This document shows, piece after piece, positions 37,164 through 40,457 of a stretch of 40,457 bases of DNA. Below the pieces are notes generated by a model that made no database searches, was not told where the DNA came from, and was given only the letters and a program-made list of their open reading frames with translations. The stretch is from Candidatus Hodarchaeum mangrovi (GTDB lineage: Archaea > Asgardarchaeota > Heimdallarchaeia > Hodarchaeales > Hodarchaeaceae), in assembly GCA_016839515.1 (NCBI GenBank), contig JAEOUE010000056.1, positions 1 to 40,457 on the forward strand, read 5' to 3'. Position 1 is the first letter of the stretch. Every line of letters starts with the position of its first letter. The translations under genes were made by a program, and so were the position numbers.

Positions 37164-38213
37164 TCAAATTCCTGCCATAGTTAGTGCCATAATAGCTTTT
37201 TGGACATGTAACCGATTCTCTGCAACGTCATAAATACAAGATCTAGGCCCTGATGCTACCTCATCAGTAACCTCATGACCCCGATCAATAGGCATAGGGT
37301 GAGTAAAAATCGCATTATCAGTTAACGCCATTTTTTGAGTATCACAAATCCAATCTGGATATTTTAAGGCTTTTTCAATTTCTTTCTGTTTAAGAAATTC
37401 CCCATCTTGATAAGCTTCAGGGCTCATCCAGTGGCGAGAATAGACAACATGAGCTCCCTTATATCCATTAGAAACATGATTAGTTGTTTCAAAATTACTA
37501 TTGTTTTTATTACAGTTTTTTTCAGTCCATTTAATAACTTGAGGATCAAGGTCAAAACCCTCAGGAAAAGCAACAGTTACATCCATACAATATCGTGATC
37601 CAATAAGCATTGCCTCTTGTACAGAACACCAAGACCGTGCTAAAGCACCATGACCCCATGTAACAAGTAATTTCTTCCCTTTTAAAGTTCTCCAATCAGG
37701 AGGATAATTAGTCCCTTTATTAAACCATTCTGACCAACCCATGACATCTGCAAGACCTTGACAAGGGTGATACTTATCATGAGCCATAGAGATTATTGGA
37801 ATAGTGGACCAACGAGCATATTCTCGAAGGAGATCTTCGCCTTCTCCATAAGTACCTACTTTATCTTCCAGGATTCTTATTCCTAAGCCATGACCGTATC
37901 TTGCCATTACTTGAGCTGCATCTTCTACAGTCTCTCCAGCTGTCTTTTCGGTTTTCAATCGCATGGCTTTAGGTTCAAGAAATTGAGCGTGACCACCCAA
38001 TTCAGTGGCAGCTACCTCAAAGCTTTGTCTTGTTCTAACAGAGGGATTATAGAAAAACATAAAGAATGTCTTATTTGCTAAAACACTACTATATCCAGAT
38101 GAGTATCGCTCACGTTTCATTCTACCAGCCAGATCTAGAACTAGATCCAACTCATGTTTTGCCCAATCTTGGGTACAGATTAAGTCTCTTCCATATAAAT
38201 CTGAAAATTCCAT
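37164..38213 (-). CDS. Carbamoyltransferase, OTCase superfamily (probably knotted AOTCase/YgeW-like branch)
   Basis: SVRT carbamoyl-phosphate site, GETVED, HPCQGLAD, LLVTWG, HPMP (in place of HCLP), AENRLH. Confidence 0.88.
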   Translation of the reverse strand: MEFSDLYGRDLICTQDWAKHELDLVLDLAGRMKRERYSSGYSSVLANKTFFMFFYNPSVRTRQSFEVAATELGGHAQFLEPKAMRLKTEKTAGETVEDAAQVMARYGHGLGIRILEDKVGTYGEGEDLLREYARWSTIPIISMAHDKYHPCQGLADVMGWSEWFNKGTNYPPDWRTLKGKKLLVTWGHGALARSWCSVQEAMLIGSRYCMDVTVAFPEGFDLDPQVIKWTEKNCNKNNSNFETTNHVSNGYKGAHVVYSRHWMSPEAYQDGEFLKQKEIEKALKYPDWICDTQKMALTDNAIFTHPMPIDRGHEVTDEVASGPRSCIYDVAENRLHVQKAIMALTMAGI

Positions 38214-38231
38214 AGTTCTATCTCCATATCA

Positions 38232-39218
38232 TTAAGGAACTATTGTGGTTCCTGCTTTTCCTTCAAGTGCTGCAGCAGCCAATTCAGGTCTAGTAATAAT
38301 AACTTTCTTACCACCATCTTTGATAAACCTGATAGCTGCTTCTAGTTTTGGACCCATAGATCCCTTTAATTTAGACCCAAAAACTCCTTTTTCTAAATGA
38401 TTCTCTAATTCAGTAACAGTCATTTTGTCAATACCCCTTGCTTGGGGAGTATTAAAGTCTAAATAAACTTTATCAGTATCAGTCAGAATTGCAAAGTTTT
38501 CTGCACTAATATCAACAGCTAATCGTTCACCAGCTAAGTCTTTATCAATAACAGCTTCCACTCCCTTAACAGTTCCATCTAAATTTTTAATTACAGGAAT
38601 TCCACCACCACCACTAGCAATCACAATAAATCCTGCTTCTAAAAGAGAATTAATTTGATCCTTCTCATGAATTGCAATAGGATCGGGGGAAGGAACCACC
38701 CGACGATAACCCCGACCAGCATCTTCAATAATTACAAAATCAGGATGCTCAGAAGTAATTTTATCTGCCTGTTCTCTTGTATAAAACGGTCCTACTGGCT
38801 TAGATGGATTTTTAAACGCAGGATCATCTTTCGAAACAATGACCTGGGTAATAATAGTTACAACTTTAATTTTTTCTTTAGGATCAAGACGACTAGGTGG
38901 ACCTTCAGTATATAATAGATTGCCTAGAATATTCTGAATTAAGTAACCTATCTGAGCCTGTGTCATGGCCCCACAGATATCCATTGAAAGAACAGGTCTA
39001 TTATGAGGAGGATAGGATCCTGCTTCCATTTGTAGCATAAGATTACCTACTTGCGGACCGTTTCCATGGGTGATCACCACCCGATAATTTGGAATAATCT
39101 TCATGATTTGTTTCGCTGTTTCAGTGATATTCTCGATTTGTTCTTCCTGTGTTCCCCTTTGTTTTCCTTTGATCATAGCATTTCCGCCGAGTGCAATCAC
39201 AACTAGTGGTTTTAGCAT
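38232..39218 (-). CDS. arcC: Carbamate kinase
   Basis: ALGGNA, THGNGPQVG, DPAF.NPSKPVGPFY, GRGYRRVVPSP, GGGGIPV, EAVIDKD, GSMGPK. Confidence 0.96.
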   Translation of the reverse strand: MLKPLVVIALGGNAMIKGKQRGTQEEQIENITETAKQIMKIIPNYRVVITHGNGPQVGNLMLQMEAGSYPPHNRPVLSMDICGAMTQAQIGYLIQNILGNLLYTEGPPSRLDPKEKIKVVTIITQVIVSKDDPAFKNPSKPVGPFYTREQADKITSEHPDFVIIEDAGRGYRRVVPSPDPIAIHEKDQINSLLEAGFIVIASGGGGIPVIKNLDGTVKGVEAVIDKDLAGERLAVDISAENFAILTDTDKVYLDFNTPQARGIDKMTVTELENHLEKGVFGSKLKGSMGPKLEAAIRFIKDGGKKVIITRPELAAAALEGKAGTTIVP

Positions 39219-39710
39219 TTTTATTCCTCAATCTGACGTATAATAATCAACACTTAATTTGATTGAAAAAGATGTCATATTCTCTATCCCTAAATTGCTT
39301 TTACAAAAAATAGGTAAAATCATCTAGATAACCCCTATTTTGCCCATAATCTTCAAGGAATTTATGTAAATTCCTTCTTAGAAGAATCTTAAATTAATTT
39401 TTACTATTTAGTATTTTAAACGGCTATTAACTCATGAATTTTTAAGATCACAGTTACTTACTTCAAACTAGGCTTTTTAACTCAATTTTTATTTCCATTC
39501 TAATTTTTTTATTGAAATTCACAATCTATTTTAGTAAAAAATCATTGAATTTTCCTCTAAGAAAATCACAAAGAATTTAATCATGTATAAATTGTTAATA
39601 GTATTACAAAAATCTAAAGACCAGAGGCCATGAACTGATTCAGAGGTCTAAGAGGTCCTCATGAGGATTTTCTGTAAAATGGTAGTATGACTCCAATGGA
39701 AGGAGTAAAA

Positions 39711-40457
39711 ATGAACCTAACAGAAGCTGAAAAACAATTTTTAATGGCTATTCGATCAATCGATCGTCATCCTAATGATTGGAATACGGGGGAAAATTTA
39801 AACCCAAATCTTGAGGCATTACGGAACCGAGCGAAACTGATATTCCTAGCCAAGCTCAATGAAGCAAGTTTTGAGAAAATAACCATTGAAAAGCTTATTG
39901 AAAAGGATTTGGTGAAAGAAAACGATGGATTATTTTCTTTAACTAGCTCTGGTCTGACTTTAACACGGCAAGTAGCTAAGGAATTTATCGCAGAGACTTA
40001 TAGTAATACATTGGTAAGGTTAACGGAAAGTAAAATTGCTTCAAACGAACGTAAGCGGATTTATGGTAAAGACCTATACCAATTTAACATGTTGACCATG
40101 AACCAGCTTGCCAAACTACTTGAAGTTCTGAATTTATCCCCTGCTAGTTCTCTTCTAGATCTTGGTTGTGGACTTGGTAAGATTGCAGAATACATCTCTG
40201 ATCAGACCCAAACGTCTGTCCTTGGGATAGATATTGCATATGGAGCTATTGATGTTGCTTTAAAACGTACCCAAAAAAAAAGAAACCGCATTAATTTTCG
40301 TGTTGAGGATATGGACGAGCTTTCTCTTCCTCAATTAAGATTTGACTGCATTATCGCTATTGATACTCTTTACTATGTTGAAGATCTTGAAACTACTGTA
40401 GATAGAATGAAGCGAATACTGAAACCTAAAGGTCAAATGGGGATATTTTATAGCCAA
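39711..40457 (+). CDS. Class I SAM-dependent methyltransferase with N-terminal wHTH-like domain; 3' truncated and absent from the ORF track
   Basis: AGGAG RBS; 249 open codons: MNLTEAEKQFLMAI...KLIEKDLVKENDGLFSLTSSG...LLDLGCGLG...GIDIA...FDCIIAIDTLYY...LKPKG. Confidence 0.9.
   Translation, partial: MNLTEAEKQFLMAIRSIDRHPNDWNTGENLNPNLEALRNRAKLIFLAKLNEASFEKITIEKLIEKDLVKENDGLFSLTSSGLTLTRQVAKEFIAETYSNTLVRLTESKIASNERKRIYGKDLYQFNMLTMNQLAKLLEVLNLSPASSLLDLGCGLGKIAEYISDQTQTSVLGIDIAYGAIDVALKRTQKKRNRINFRVEDMDELSLPQLRFDCIIAIDTLYYVEDLETTVDRMKRILKPKGQMGIFYSQ

Noticed and set aside
1847-38915. About 25 short (60-92 aa) ORFs in the track that overlap larger genes (e.g. 1847-2095, 5622-5831, 11616-11855, 15761-16039, 25466-25720, 33423-33677, 38655-38915)
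   Set aside because: They are antisense or alternate-frame shadows of well-supported CDS and show no motifs or RBS.
37164-39218. Classical arginine deiminase (arc) operon
   Set aside because: No arcA or arcD in the window, and the transcarbamylase lacks the HCLP and SMG motifs of OTCase.
39619-39660. SECIS or C/D-box RNA (AUGA...GA, CUGA)
   Set aside because: The helix is far too short for a SECIS, there is no full C box, and no UGA-recoded gene was found nearby.
1-40457. CRISPR arrays, tRNA/rRNA genes, intact IS or prophage genes
   Set aside because: No regularly spaced repeats, long GC-rich structured RNA segments, or transposase/integrase motifs were seen by eye; a covariance-model scan would be needed to exclude small RNAs.

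Overview
AT-rich, gene-dense prokaryotic chromosomal segment. Several features suggest an archaeon, most likely Asgard/Heimdallarchaeia-like; this is inference, not a database result. The signs are GGTGA/GAGG ribosome-binding sites, TATA-like boxes, oligo-T terminators, a wHTH-TM regulator, a xGF-TM-basic C-terminal tail and a Pro-rich orphan. About 33 intact CDS encode transport, hydrolytic and other metabolic functions. Transport: an ABC-2 exporter, an MFS, an OPT-like protein and a Fet-like MacB/DUF2318 module. Hydrolytic: a PIG-L deacetylase, an M1 peptidase, an AlkZ-like glycosylase, HtpX and RNase HI. Other: NadB, a YbjT-like SDR, two split-barrel PNPOx-like proteins, a radical SAM enzyme and DUF3160. 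There is also a dispersed amidohydrolase/dihydropyrimidinase/knotted-type carbamoyltransferase/carbamate kinase set resembling anaerobic nucleobase catabolism. Reading beyond the ORF track adds a 56-aa stand-alone RPC34/TFE-beta-type 4-Cys protein (2613-2783, minus; top finding), a decayed PaaI thioesterase pseudogene, a truncated rubrerythrin/VIT1-type remnant, and a wHTH-methyltransferase fusion running off the right edge. No rRNA, tRNA, CRISPR array or intact transposase was seen.
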